Origin: Saccostrea cucullata
Taxonomy: Eukaryota
Length of the DNA stretch: 64,000 nucleotides
Direction: 5' to 3'
Assembly: GCF_032062105.1 (NCBI RefSeq)
Contig: NW_026930161.1
Span: 620,001 to 684,000 of the forward strand
The notes beneath the pieces were generated by a model that did not search any database, had not been told where the DNA came from, and saw only the letters and a list, made by a program, of their open reading frames with translations. Both the position numbers and the translations under genes were made by a program. Below, piece after piece: positions 1 to 30,540 of this stretch. How positions within the stretch are numbered: position 1 is the first letter of the stretch; the number at the start of each line of letters is the position of its first letter.

Positions 1-1537
1 TTCAAAGTTTTTGCTTGGAGGTCAACTACCATAACTTGCATACACAAGTTAAGCTTTCATTCAATTTATCATTATTTATGCCAAAATTTAAGCAAGTTTA
101 TTCTTTTCCATCATGGAAAAGCACAGATCCAGGAAAGCACAGAGCATTCAACAGCTTTCAGAACTTGTTCATAAATCATGCAAAGGAATGCCAAGCTAAA
201 TTTCTTCTCTATAATGGAACTACAGCTTTGTGATGTTTGTATACACCTCATAAATTCACTGTCAAGGAATCATAATTCTTAAGAGGTACATGGGTTTGCA
301 TGGAATACCACACATCACCTAAACTTAAACCATAAACTTCATTTAACTGGTATTATGTTTGAATCTTCAGATATTCATTCCTCCTACTAGCACTTACTGA
401 AATGCAATTTGATATCAAAGAAAAAAAAATATGAGATCATTACCAGATTATGATAACATCTGAATACTGGGTTATAACCCAGAGTTATAAGAAGGTTATA
501 ACCCAGATTTATAAGAACAGGGAACAAGATAGTCTTAAGTTAAATATGTTTTACATGACACCATAGACTTTTGTCCATTCAAGTATTCATTTCAGGTAAC
601 TTTCTATACCTTATTAACACTTAATTTATTTGTGTGTAAACAATATAATTCAAAATTTCCTTGTTGGTATTAGATATGCAAGTGAAAAAAAAATACTTAA
701 ATAGCACCTGTGTAAGAAATTCATAACTGTATCATTGAATTTTTACACCGGATGCAATTTGACTAGAATATATTCAAAGACATGTATATAAATAAGGTTG
801 CTGTCATTTGGCCAATGCTTATCTATTTTACAATGTACATGTATATGTACAATTTAAGTTTAGAAGCAATAAACCAATCTAGTCTCAGCTTTCACTCATA
901 TTGTAAAAATGTGATCTCCAACAGTACAAATGCCATTCTAATTAAAAAAAAAAAAAATCTTTTGTGTAAACTTCCAGAAAAATCTTATCATAAATACATT
1001 TATCATCTGATAAAAAAAATTATGTAAATAAGAAATATACACCATGGAAAAAGAATTACATCTCTGAAGTTGAATTTTCATAAAAAGACTCAGAAAATGA
1101 AATGTAAAAAAAAGTTTTCTGAATAAAGGCATGAGAAATTGATCTGTGATGTCAACATGTATAAAACATATACAGCATCATATGTGGCCATGACTAGGTT
1201 TTGTTTTTAAGTTCTAACAAGTCAAAGAACTGAGGTATTGAATGAAGAGGCTGAAAAAGAAAAACAATGAAGGGGTATAAACTAGAGAACTGGTGACACA
1301 CCACAACAAATTGCTGGAATATATGGAAATATTGGTTCATCTGTAACTACCCAAAGTAATTTCATTTTACAAAGTTACTTCAGTTAAAAAAGGAAAGTTT
1401 AATGTATTTCTGTCAGAATACTCCTTCTCACTTTTACTCTGAATCATTCTTTAGTCTGTTTTCTGCCAGTTATTGATCTGTCGGGGAGCAAGGAGGGGGA
1501 GGGGGTCATCACAATCTTTCTTTAAAATTAACAGGGG

Positions 1538-19627
<18,090 letters not shown>

Positions 19628-19719
19628 TGTATGTTGTATTTATACACAACTGTTTCTCATTATAACATCCATAATTAATCCATTCGTACACAGTCGAAAT
19701 AACTCAACATTAGAAACAA

Positions 19720-19785
19720 CTTATCGCGGAAGTCGGTGCTTTGCTGCAATATATGCATTTTTACGTGTTACGCATGCGTGAAAAT
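19720..19785 (-). promoter_or_regulatory. Putative PKC proximal promoter with ETS-like and NRF1-like motifs
   Basis: CpG-containing patch ~100-150 bp upstream of the ATG; GCGGAAGT at 19726-19733 and palindromic ACGCATGCGT at 19770-19779. Motif match only. Confidence 0.4.
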
Positions 19786-20922
19786 ACCATCATGACCTTG
19801 AACTTAGAATGCTTGGATTTGTTTTTATTTTCAAATAAATTAATAAACAAAGTATCAGATTATTGATGGGGGGTTTTCATTTAGGTTTAATTATAAACAT
19901 ATTAAAGACTTCGATGTTTAAAATAATATTGAAAATTAAAAGGGGAATATAGTTCTTAGGCATATGATATAGACGTACGTTTTAGTTATACCCCCCCCAA
20001 ATAACAAATAAATAAATAAATAAAATTTGGAATTTATTCAGTCTTTTACTTCCCTGTTGCTACAATGTGGCAGCACATGGAATTATTCATTTTATGGTCG
20101 GTAAACTAAGACTTAAAGAATTTTTTAATAAATTTATTCCTTTAGTTAACAATTAAGCCGAACATTAAAAAAAGTGAAATTCCATATACAAAAAACAGAC
20201 TATCAATATTGTTCACTGGTTATACTGAAATGATAATGCTTATTTTGTTATCTAACTGACTTTTTGCTTCAATTTGCACTATTTCAAATTTTAATTGAAA
20301 AAATCAAATTTTTGTAGAGGATTGTTTTGGCAACTACCTTCAATTAATCTACTAGTATTTTCAAACGTTAATATTTTTGTATTTGAACGATTTTTCATAT
20401 TTATAATTTACTAATTAGATATTTATGTGAATTTTCATAAAACCTAATACTAGTTTAAAATAATTTTTTTTTTCTTAAAAAAATCAGTTTTTAATTTGTT
20501 AAACTTGTGTTTTCCACAAAAAATAAACGGAAAATGGAAATTTATTCTCAATTAACCCATTTCCTCCGTGAAACAAAACTTTCCATTTAGGGGGACATTA
20601 TAGTGTTATTCCGCAAATTCATAGCAATGGTTAGGTTTTGATGTTTCAAGGGGGACAAAAATTTAGTCAATTTATAACCAATATAAATGTAAATAATTTT
20701 TTTTAAAAACAGTTCTCTATTAATATCTGATACATGTTAAATTTTATTATGGAATCATGCACTTTCCCAGCCCGATATGCTAAATTATCCAATGTTTCCA
20801 ACTATCGTTGATGTCCCTGGCATACCAAACAAATTATAGACAGTGATCCCTCTTATTTACTTTTCATTTTGAAATAAAATTATAAATATAGATTTGAAAA
20901 AAAAAAATGTTTAATAGATTTA

Positions 20923-22916
20923 AACAAGCAATTTCAAAGAATTGTGGTCCCCCCGCTTTCGGTGTCTTAGTGGGTGGGATGCCATTATTTTTGGCATATT
21001 GTATCAATTATTTATGGACACCCCGTCATATGGCATTAACAAGAGTTAAACAAAAAATTGAAAATAAGGTCAACATGAAGGTCAAGGGCTAAAAATCATA
21101 GCATGCTCGGAAACATCTTGTCACAGATAATGCACAAATATGAAAGAAATATCTCCTCTCAATCAAAAGTTACATGTACATGTATAAGGAAAATTAATAT
21201 TTTTGAAAAGTACGTCAAACTTCATGATCAATGTCACAGGGTCAAAATTCATAGAATATTTAGAAAGATCTTATCACAGGTAATATTCAAGTGAAAATAT
21301 GAAAGCCCTAACGCATCTCATTCAGAAGTTATGACCAATGTAAAAGTTTTTGTGACAGACGGACATACCTACAGACTGACAGACAAATGAGATTTCATGT
21401 CCCCTCGCTTTCGCAATTTTAAGCGGGGGAAAATTTCACGAGGCCTGCCAATATTCAAGTTCAGTAGTTCCCCCACTGACGTCAACACAAAGACAGACGC
21501 ACAAGATTTTTACATGCATATTATGCCGTCTTAATTAGCTCCTGACCTTTCGCTTGTCGATCCCATTCCGGTTGAATTATTAAGAAATCAACTCATCTAG
21601 CTTTCAAAGAGTTTTCATAGAGAAAACAAAATGTGTTTATGAAACACTGATGCCCTCGTATGGTAACAAAGCAAAGGTTATATTTTCTCAAATGCAAATA
21701 AAAAATGTTTGTACCCCAAGTAAGGTCTTCTCACAAGAAATATAAATGTGAAATACAAATTTTCTAGCACTACCTGTTCAAAAATTATGGCCATGCATGG
21801 TTAATGTTATTTAAAGGTAGTCAAACTCCGGAGTCAAGGTCAAAGGGTCAAGCTTGGTTTCTAAAAAAGTCCTTGTCACGAGGATAACATATTTGAAGTA
21901 TGAAAGCCCTAGCCCTAACCCTAACCGATTAAAAGTTATTGCCAAGGTTAAAGTTTTTAAAAAGTAGTTAAAACTCCAAGGTCAAGGTCAAAGGGACAAA
22001 GTTCTTGGTACTATAGTATCCATTGAAAGGTCTTGTCACAAGGATTTCATATGTGAAGTATGAAAGCCCTAGCCCTTACCATTCAAAAGTTGTGGCTAAG
22101 GTCAAGGTTTTTGGAAAGTAGGTCAGTCTCTAAGGTCAAGGTAAAAGGGCCAAAGTTGTTGGTATCCATTGGAAGGTTTTGTCAGAAAGAATACAAATGT
22201 GAAGTATGAGTCCTAGCACAAACCATTCAAAAGTTATGGTCAACGCAAAAGTTTGGATTTTTTAGTAAAAGTGTGTCAAACTCCAAGGTCAAGGTCAGGA
22301 GGTCAAATTTGGTGGTACCCAAAGAAAGGTCTTATAACAAGGAATACACATGTAAAATATAAAAGCCATAGTCTCAACCAGTCATAAGTTATGAGCAAGG
22401 TTAAAGTTTTTGCGAACAAACAGACAGACTGACAAGGCAAAAACTATATACCCCGAACACTGTTGACCCCGTATGGCAACATAGCGAAGATTAAATTTTT
22501 CTTAAATGCAAATTAAATATATTATTACCCGAAAGTCAAGGTTATTCGTGATATCCAATGAAAGGCCTAGTCACAAGAATTAAATTTTGAAACATGAAAG
22601 CCTTAGCCCTAACCCCTTAAAAGTTATGGTCAAGGTTTGTTCTTCAAAAGTAGGTTAAACTCCAAGGTCAAAGGGTCAAAGTTCATGGTATCTAATGAAA
22701 GGACTTTGCACAAGGATTACATATCTGAAGTATGAAACCCTAGCCCTTACCATTCAAAAGTTATGGTCAAGATTAATGTTTTTTTCACACGTACGGACAT
22801 CTCCAAGGTCAAGGTCAACAGGTCAAAGGTGTTGGTATCCAATGAAAGGTCTTGCCACAAATGATGCATATGTGAAATATAAAAATCCTTGTACATATCG
22901 TTCAAAAGTTATGACA

Positions 22917-22953
<37 letters not shown>

Positions 22954-23480
22954 ATCAAGGTCAAAAGGTCATAGTTCGTTGTATCCAATGAAAGGTCTTC
23001 TCACAATGATTACATATGTGAAGTATGAAAGTCCTACCTCTTTCCGTTCAAAAGTTATGGCCAAGGTTAAAGTTTTTTATTCATATGTTCAGAAATCTCC
23101 AAGGTCAACTGGTAAAGGTTATTGGTATCCAATAAAAGATCTTGCCACAAAGAATACATATGTGAAATATGAAAGTCCTAGTATCTACATGCACCATTCC
23201 AAAGTTATGGCCAAAGTAAAAGTGCGGATTTTTTGTGAAAAATTGGGTCAAACTCCAAGGTCAAGTTCAAAAGGTTAAATTTGGTGGTACCCAAAGAAAG
23301 GTCTTGTCACAAGAAATACATATATGAAATATGAAAGTCATAGCTCCACTTAATCAAAAGTTATGGACAAGGTTAAAGTTTTTTTGACGGACTGACAGAC
23401 GGACGGACAGCTAGACAAACTGACGGACAGACGAATGAGATTTAATGTCCCCTCGCTTTAGCAAAAGCGAGGGACAAAAA
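20923..23480 (+). repeat. Cluster of HINE/pearl-like elements with ~110-120-bp internal tandem repeats
   Basis: Repeated unit AAGGTCAAGGTCA..GAAAGGTCTTGTCACAAG..ATGTGAAGTATGAAAGCCCTAG..TCAAAAGTTATGGCCAAGGTTAAAGTTTT; (ACAG/ACGG)n tracts at ~21355, ~22420, ~23390; terminal hairpin GTCCCCTCGCTTTAGCAAAAGCGAGGGAC ~23447-23475. Confidence 0.85.
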
Positions 23481-23899
23481 TATAAGGAATACAATAAGGA
23501 ATCAATGTTTAGTTTTTTGGGTATGCCAGGGACATCAAAGATATTTGGAAACATTGGATAATTTATATGCATAACGGGCTTTTATGCAGATTATCCTGTT
23601 TCATACTATCGTTGATGTCCCTGGCAGACCCAAAAACTAGACAGGTTATAGACTGGTGAAATTTTGTAAAAATTAGTCAATATCCAAGGTCAAGTGGTCA
23701 AATATGATGGTAGTGCAGAAAAGATTTTTGAATTTAATAAAGTGGGACACACTTCTTTCATAAAGAATACAAATTAAAAGAACTAATGCCAACCATTCAA
23801 AAATTATGGCAATGTGACGTTTTTGGAGAATAAAAAAGATAGAGACCAAAACTACTAGTATTCGGTCCCAAATCTTTTATTTTGGGTTACAAAAAGCAT

Positions 23900-25465
23900 G
23901 TTTATTTATGCCCCGTAAACAAACTTTCGGGGTATATAGTTTTTGTCGTATCCGTTCGTCTGTCTGTCTGTCTGTTTGTTTGTCCGCAAAAACTTTAACC
24001 TTGCCAATAACTTTTGACTGGATGGGACTATGGCTTTCATATTTCACAGGTGTATTCCTTTTGACAGGACCTTTCTTTGGGTACCACCAAATTTGACCTC
24101 TTGACCTTGGAGTTTGACACACTTTCAAACCAAAATTCCAAACATACCTTAGCCATAACTTTTGAACGGAAAGGGCTAGGGCTTTCAATCTTTTCATACT
24201 AAGTACGTAATCCTTGTGACAAGACCTTTCATTGGATACCAACATCTTTGACCTTTTGACCATGAACATTGACCTACTTTTAAAAAACTTTTATCTTGGC
24301 CATAACTTGGCGACTGCTTTCATACTTCACATATGTAATCCTTGTGAAAAGACCTTTAATTGGATACCAACAACTTTGACCCTTTGACCTTAACTCTGGA
24401 GTCTGACCTACTTTTTAAAAAAACTTTAACCTTGGCAATAACTTTTGAACGGTTAGGACTATTGCTTTCATACTTCCCATATGTAATCGTTGTGATAAGG
24501 CCTTTCTTTCAATAACAACAACATTGACCCTTTAACCTTGACCACGGAGTTTGACCTACCTTTAAAAAACGTTAACCTTGGCCATAACTATTGAACAGGT
24601 GGTGCTAGGGTTTTATATTTCGTATTTATATTGTATTTCTTGTGAGAAAAACCCTACTTTGTGTATAAACAGGTTTGATTTGCATTTGAGAAAATTTAAC
24701 CTTTTTGCCTTGTCTGTCCGTCTGTCTGTCTGTCTGTTTGTTCGCAAAAATTTAACCTTGCCAATAACTTTTGACTGGGTGGGATTATATGGCCTTTAAT
24801 ATTTCACAGGTGTATTCCTTGTGACAAGACATCTCTTTGGGTACCACCAAATTTGACATCTTAACCTTGGAGTTTGAAACACTTTTACACCAAAATTCCA
24901 AACTTTTGCTTCGGCCGTAACTTTTAAATGGTTGGTGCTATCGGACTTTCATACTTCACATATGTATTTTTTGTGACAAGGAAAAAACTAGCTTTATCCT
25001 TGGCAATGAATTTTGAATGGTTAGTGCGAGGACTTCCATACTTCACAAATGTATTCTTAGTGACAAGGCCAGGCCTCCATTGGAAACCAACAACTTTGAC
25101 TTTTTGACCTTTGAGATTGATGTACTTTTAAAAAACTTAAACCTTGGTCATAACTTTTGAACGGTAAGGGCTAGGGCTTTCATACTTCCCATATGTAATC
25201 TTTGTGACAAAGCATTTCTTTAGAAACCACAACCTTGACCTTTGACTTTGACCCCAAAGTCTGATCTACCTTTAAAAATACTTTAATCTTGTCGATAACT
25301 TTTGAACAGGTGGTGCTGGTGTTTTATATTTTACATTTATATTTCTTGTGAGAAGGCCTGACTTTGGGTATCAATATATTTAAGCTGCATTTGGAAGCTA
25401 ATTTTACTTTCGCTATGTGGCCATAAGGGGGCATCAGTATTTCTCAGACACATCTTAATTGTTTT
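23900..25465 (-). repeat. Same HINE tandem-repeat family in the opposite orientation
   Basis: Reverse-complement units (AAAACTTTAACCTTGGCCATAACTTTTGAA..CTTGTGACAAGACCTTTC); (TCTG)n tracts at ~23960 and ~24715; end GGGGCATCAGTATTTCTCAGACACATCTT mirrors ~21630. Confidence 0.85.
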
Positions 25466-25934
25466 GTTAGAGCTTGATCTAGCTGGATATTCAAAAGAAT
25501 TACATTCTAGAAAACATATTGTATGCTGAGGTGAATTTTCCCCATCTTTTTATGTGTTTGTGTGTGTGCAGAAATTGTGCCTGGGGGTGGGTTAGGGAGG
25601 ATTCAGTTTGATTTCCAGGGAGATTGAATATATGGACCTGTACATGCAGATTTAAGCTCATCATGAATCAATAGTTTCAACACAATTAAGCAAGCGTCCA
25701 ACTCATCAGGGATAGTTTATCCATCATCTGTTATTAAAAATACATTAATTGATAGCTTGCATTTTTAGATAGGTTGGGTCATGCTCATGTCCATTTCAAC
25801 CCAAATAGCATAAATTTCAGCAATTTTAATACATGTATTTGCACTCAGTGTTCATTTGGCTGATTTTTTGCAACATACATGTACAAATGTCCATACTCAG
25901 TCATTGAAAATTACATCTGAGACCACCTGTTTAT

Positions 25935-26560
25935 TTTTAGCTCATCTTCACCAAGTGAAGATGAACTTTATGATGCTATAGTCTATACCCCAGGCGTTGG
26001 TGTCTGCATTGGTGTCCTTGTTAAAGTTTTAGGAGCAGGTCCATTCCCAATTAAGTTACTATAAATTACCTACCTGGACCATATTTGCATGGATGATGCA
26101 TCTTGGGATGAAATAAAACTGCTTCAGATGCCGGATCTGACCTAGCTTTTTCAGATGAGTGAATTTTAGCCATACTTTAATCAAATTAACATGGACGAGT
26201 TTTTGGTGGGATGAACACTATCCGACTTGCTTTGGATGCTGGACCTGTCCTACATTTTCCAGATGAGAGATCAGGGTATGTTTTGGATTAGCTCTGTAAT
26301 TTTATGGCCCGTTATGATTAAACCTGTATTGATGATGCATCTAAGGATGGACATTAATTCTTCGGATGTTGGAAATGAAAGAAACATTTTCTTGATTTGT
26401 GACCAGGTTCAAGTTGTTCGAGCAAATTCATTTCAAAAAAATTGTAAGTCGTTCTTCAACCAAACTTTATGGATATTGAATTCAGGATGTACACTAAATA
26501 AAAAAAAAATATTCGATCTGCATCACTAACACTGATAAAATTCATTGAGGTGACCTTTGT
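25935..26560 (-). mobile_element. HINE-like element
   Basis: T-run plus hairpin AGCTCATCTTCACCAAGTGAAGATGAACT at the left end, internal degenerate ~120-bp repeats (ATGGATGATGCATCT..GGATG). Confidence 0.5.
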
Positions 26561-26719
26561 AGTCTTTGATTACCTATGTTTTTACATTTCTTCTTGTGAT
26601 CCATATGGCAGGCCAGTAGTAATGCTTTGGGGTGGGGGTGCACGGGGATGGGGTTAGGATTATTGAATGTAATAAAGTGGGACACACTTCTATCACACAA
26701 CATTATGAGGTTAGGATAA

Positions 26720-27326
26720 ACAAGAGATATATTTGTAAAACACTTATGCCCCCCTCCCCCCAAATTGGATTTTTTCTAAGTCCAAAAGGGCATAACTCTG
26801 TCTAAAATGGTGCAATCATACCCAAAACAGAACTTGACCTAGATATTCAGCTAAAAAATCTGCATACTAAATTTCATTTCAATATGTGCAACCTCTGCTA
26901 AGAAAATGAATGGAAACTGCTAATAAGTGGAATTTTTCTAGGTCCAAGTGGCATAACTCTGTCAAAAAGAGTGCGATCGTACCCAAAACAAAAGATGACC
27001 TAGATATTCAGCTGAAAAATCTGTATACTAAATTTCATTTCAATATGTGCAACCTCTGCAAAGAAAATGAATGGAAACTGCTAATAAGTGGAATTTTTCT
27101 AACTGCTAATAAGTGGAATTTTTCTAAGTCCAAGGGGCATAACTCTGTCAAAAATAGTCCGATCATAACCAAAACAGAACTTGCCCTAGATATTTCCCTG
27201 ATAAATCTGTATACCAAATTTCATTTCAGTATGTGCAACAGTTGTGAAGAAAATGAACGGAAACTAAATGGACCGACAGACAGCAACAAAGCAATATGCC
27301 CCCCTTCTTCGAAGGGGGGCATAAAA
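26720..27326 (+). mobile_element. HINE element with ~160-bp internal repeats
   Basis: AACAAGAGATATATTTGTAAAACACTTATGCCCCC start; three AAGTCCAAGGGGCATAACTCTGTC..TTCATTTCAATATGTGCAAC units; terminal hairpin ATGCCCCCCTTCTTCGAAGGGGGGCAT. Confidence 0.8.
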
Positions 27327-29012
27327 AGACTCTCCCACCTTGTACTATAGGCTGGACTTTTTAAAAATATAGCTTTGGTAGCAAGAACTTTTGAGTCAAT
27401 GGATGACCTACTTTGAAGGTCATGCTAGCTAAGGTAAATCACAGTCACTCCTCAGTTGTCTTAATTTCTCAATCTCCATAACTGGTGATAAATATGGCAT
27501 ATTACTTGTGAATTTGATTTTTTCAAAAAATGCCTCCATTGAGTAAAAAAAAACATTGTGAAGTGTGGTGTAAAGCAAATTTGCAAGGATAAAGCTACTG
27601 GCCATGCAAAATACATCTGTAACAATATTATGAACACAATTTCAATTGTGTCATTTAGCACTCCAACTTTATTTATCATAATAATGTTCTAGCAGTACAA
27701 CAGAAAAATTCTAACGATCATTCTGTCAAACTTTGTTATATCTCAAAGACCATGTGAGGAAACTGAGATACTAATACTGCACTAGTATCTGAGGATTTGT
27801 AATATCAAGGATGTAAAAATAAATGGGGCTTCCAAATCACTTCAACATATCCGTGGTATTTAAGATAGTGTTTGAGATATCAAAGTTCAACTGTTTATGA
27901 TACATATCTTTTAAAAAAAAATGAAACCTAGTAAAAAGTATATAAATATATATATATTTTTTTTTACAAATCAGTTATTCATTTAATTATTATTTAGTCA
28001 AACAAAATCAAAAGGGCTCATGATAATGGTGCTAGTCTATGGAAAACTAGATATGGTAATTGATTGAACCTTATGGGAATGAAAATTCCCCTTACATATA
28101 ATACTGCTTATTTTCCACTGAAAGCTTATCACAGAGTTTGCATTAAACAAAATATGAAGTTTTCTTCACCTCTATATAATGAGCTCTGACAAATATCTCA
28201 TTCACAATTTCTTGAATGTTTTACTTTATTGAGAGTGCTGGTATAGAAGAAAATAACACTGGCAGTTAATTACTCTTTAGTATCTTTGGAAGAAGATATG
28301 AACACATAGTTTTGCCATGAAACCAATGAACTATAGACCAATTGCACTAAAAATTGGAATTTATTGTTTGCTGAATTTTTGCCTCTTGATTAAAAAAAAA
28401 TGACTAGATTCCATGAATTCGTAATTATTAAATATAATTACATGTACCATAGTACATATATTAAACAGTCGCCAAATAATTCCAATTCATAAATATCTTG
28501 AACAAAAAAAAAATCTTTTTTATTTTAAAATTCAACCTCCCCTCCAAATATAGCTGCCCAAAGGTCTAACATAAACATCCATCAAATTTAATATATGGAG
28601 CCCATCTCAATGCATTTCTGTCACTCAATCAACATAAAATAAAACAAATTCTTAACTTTTAAGGTACAGTCAATTATTCATAAAACAAGAAACATACCCA
28701 TTCTAGATACATGTATGCATGTATATTGTGTGGAAATAACAATAAATTATTTGATTTTTAGTATAAACATATTAATATGAACAATTTCAATTAAAAACCA
28801 GGCTGTAGGAGATTCAAATTAATCATCATATACACAGTTTAAGTACATGTACTGTGTTAAAAAACATCCACATAGTCTAGCAATATACTTGGAAACAGAT
28901 TAGGAGACTAAGGGAAACAAATAAGGAGACTAACATACTTGCTTTTATAAGGCTCTCCTTATTGTGAAAACATTCTAAAAAGTCACCTGTGATTTCATAT
29001 AAAATCATTATA

Positions 29013-30228
29013 TTATGACATAGGGATTTCATGTGCAGCAGCATATCTGCCATATACGTAATGGAAAAGCTGCCTCTCTATGTCTATTAAGAGCGCACTA
29101 GCTCCAAGACGAAAAAGATGAGGAAACAACCATTCATCTCCAAGCTCCTCTTTCATTAGGGAAAGCCATGTGCAAGCATCCTTGGCACTTCTTATTCCCC
29201 CTGCAGGTTTGAATCCAACTTTATGCCCAGTTCGCTGGTAGTATTCCCGAATAGCTCTCACCATGACCAGAGCCACTGGCAAAATGGCATTTACTCCTTC
29301 TTTTCCTGTGGAGGTCTTGATAAAATCTGCTCCTGCCATCATGCACGCCATGCTTGCTTTGTAAACATTAACCATGGAACCTAACTCCCCCGTGGCTAGG
29401 ATGGTCTTCATATGGGCCTCTCCACAAGCCTCTCTCATCAGGCGTACCTCATCATACACACCTTTCCAGTTTCCCTCCAAAGCATACTGACGATTGATGA
29501 CAATGTCAATTTCTTTGGCTCCGTCTGCTACTGCCATTTTGATCTCTTCTAGTCGTGTTTGAAGCGGGACCTGTCCTGTTGGGAATCCTGTTGCTACAGA
29601 GGCTACTGGAATATCAGGACGATTGGCAGCTTTGAGAAACCTGACACAATCAGCTACTCGGTTGGGATACACACACACTGCACCAACTGAAATGCCCTCA
29701 TTTTCCATTTCAACTGCTTTCAAGATGTCCTTCCCCACAGGATTTGCAGCCTTAAAACATAACCTGAAATAAGAACCAAAGGGCAAATTTAATTTCACAG
29801 GGTCAACTTTTATATAGTTTTTAAAATGAAAATAAGAGGTATAACATACAGACACATACAACTGCAAAATGAGCGTATAGTATGCTCTAATGCTCTACAC
29901 CTATTATAGTGACAGTCATCTCAATGGAATAAACATTTACTTGAAGTACCATTGTCAATTACAAGAAGGGTATAGTTAGTGCACTGAACTAAAATCTGGC
30001 AAAACTAAAAATAGAGCACCTTGAAACATTTGATGGAGTATCGTCCCCTGCCAAAGTTGTTAAATCAATGCACGTTACTGCACGTAGCAACCATGCTGCT
30101 TGCCATTGTTTCTTCACTGTTCTGCGAGTTCCTAAGGACTCTGCCCTGCGCTTCACAGCGGGTAAATTGACATAAATATTGTCAAACCAACTTGGATCAA
30201 ACACCTGTCCTGGATTTCTGGCCGACAT
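29013..30228 (-). CDS. DERA: Deoxyribose-phosphate aldolase, 319 aa, 2 coding exons
   Basis: Exons 30020-30228 and 29013-29763 join in frame (..PSNVSR|LCFKA..). Motifs IDLTTLAGDDT, VCVYP, ASVATGFP, GAKEIDIVIN, HMKTILATGEL, GADFIKTSTGK (Schiff-base Lys), GFKPAGGIR, FRLGAS. Confidence 0.96.
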
Positions 30229-30540
30229 CTCTAGGCTTACTCGGTTCGAAGAAAACTAGACATCGAGTTGTTCTTCTCCAACTATGAATACATGCTGTAT
30301 ATGCTCTCGTTCGTAATCATTAAAAACGTTTATTTATATATACATCAAAAGAGAAAAAAGACTCTTCCAAAAGCCTATTTTATATCATTTTCCCAAATTA
30401 TCTATGTACGATAGTATTGATATTTAGGAAATTGAACGCACCATGTTCTAGTCGTTGGAGCGTTTGGATTGAATACAACATATAATTGTATATTTAATAT
30501 GTACAATAACGTTGAGTTGTTTTCTGTCCCCTCTAAAATG

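Noticed and set aside
22695-24799. ORFs of 60-130 aa in the repeat arrays (e.g. 22979..23278, 23877..24269)
   Set aside because: Translations of the ~115-bp tandem repeat with no protein-family motifs.
26910-27350. 146-aa ORF with internal repeats
   Set aside because: Lies wholly within the tandem units of a HINE element.
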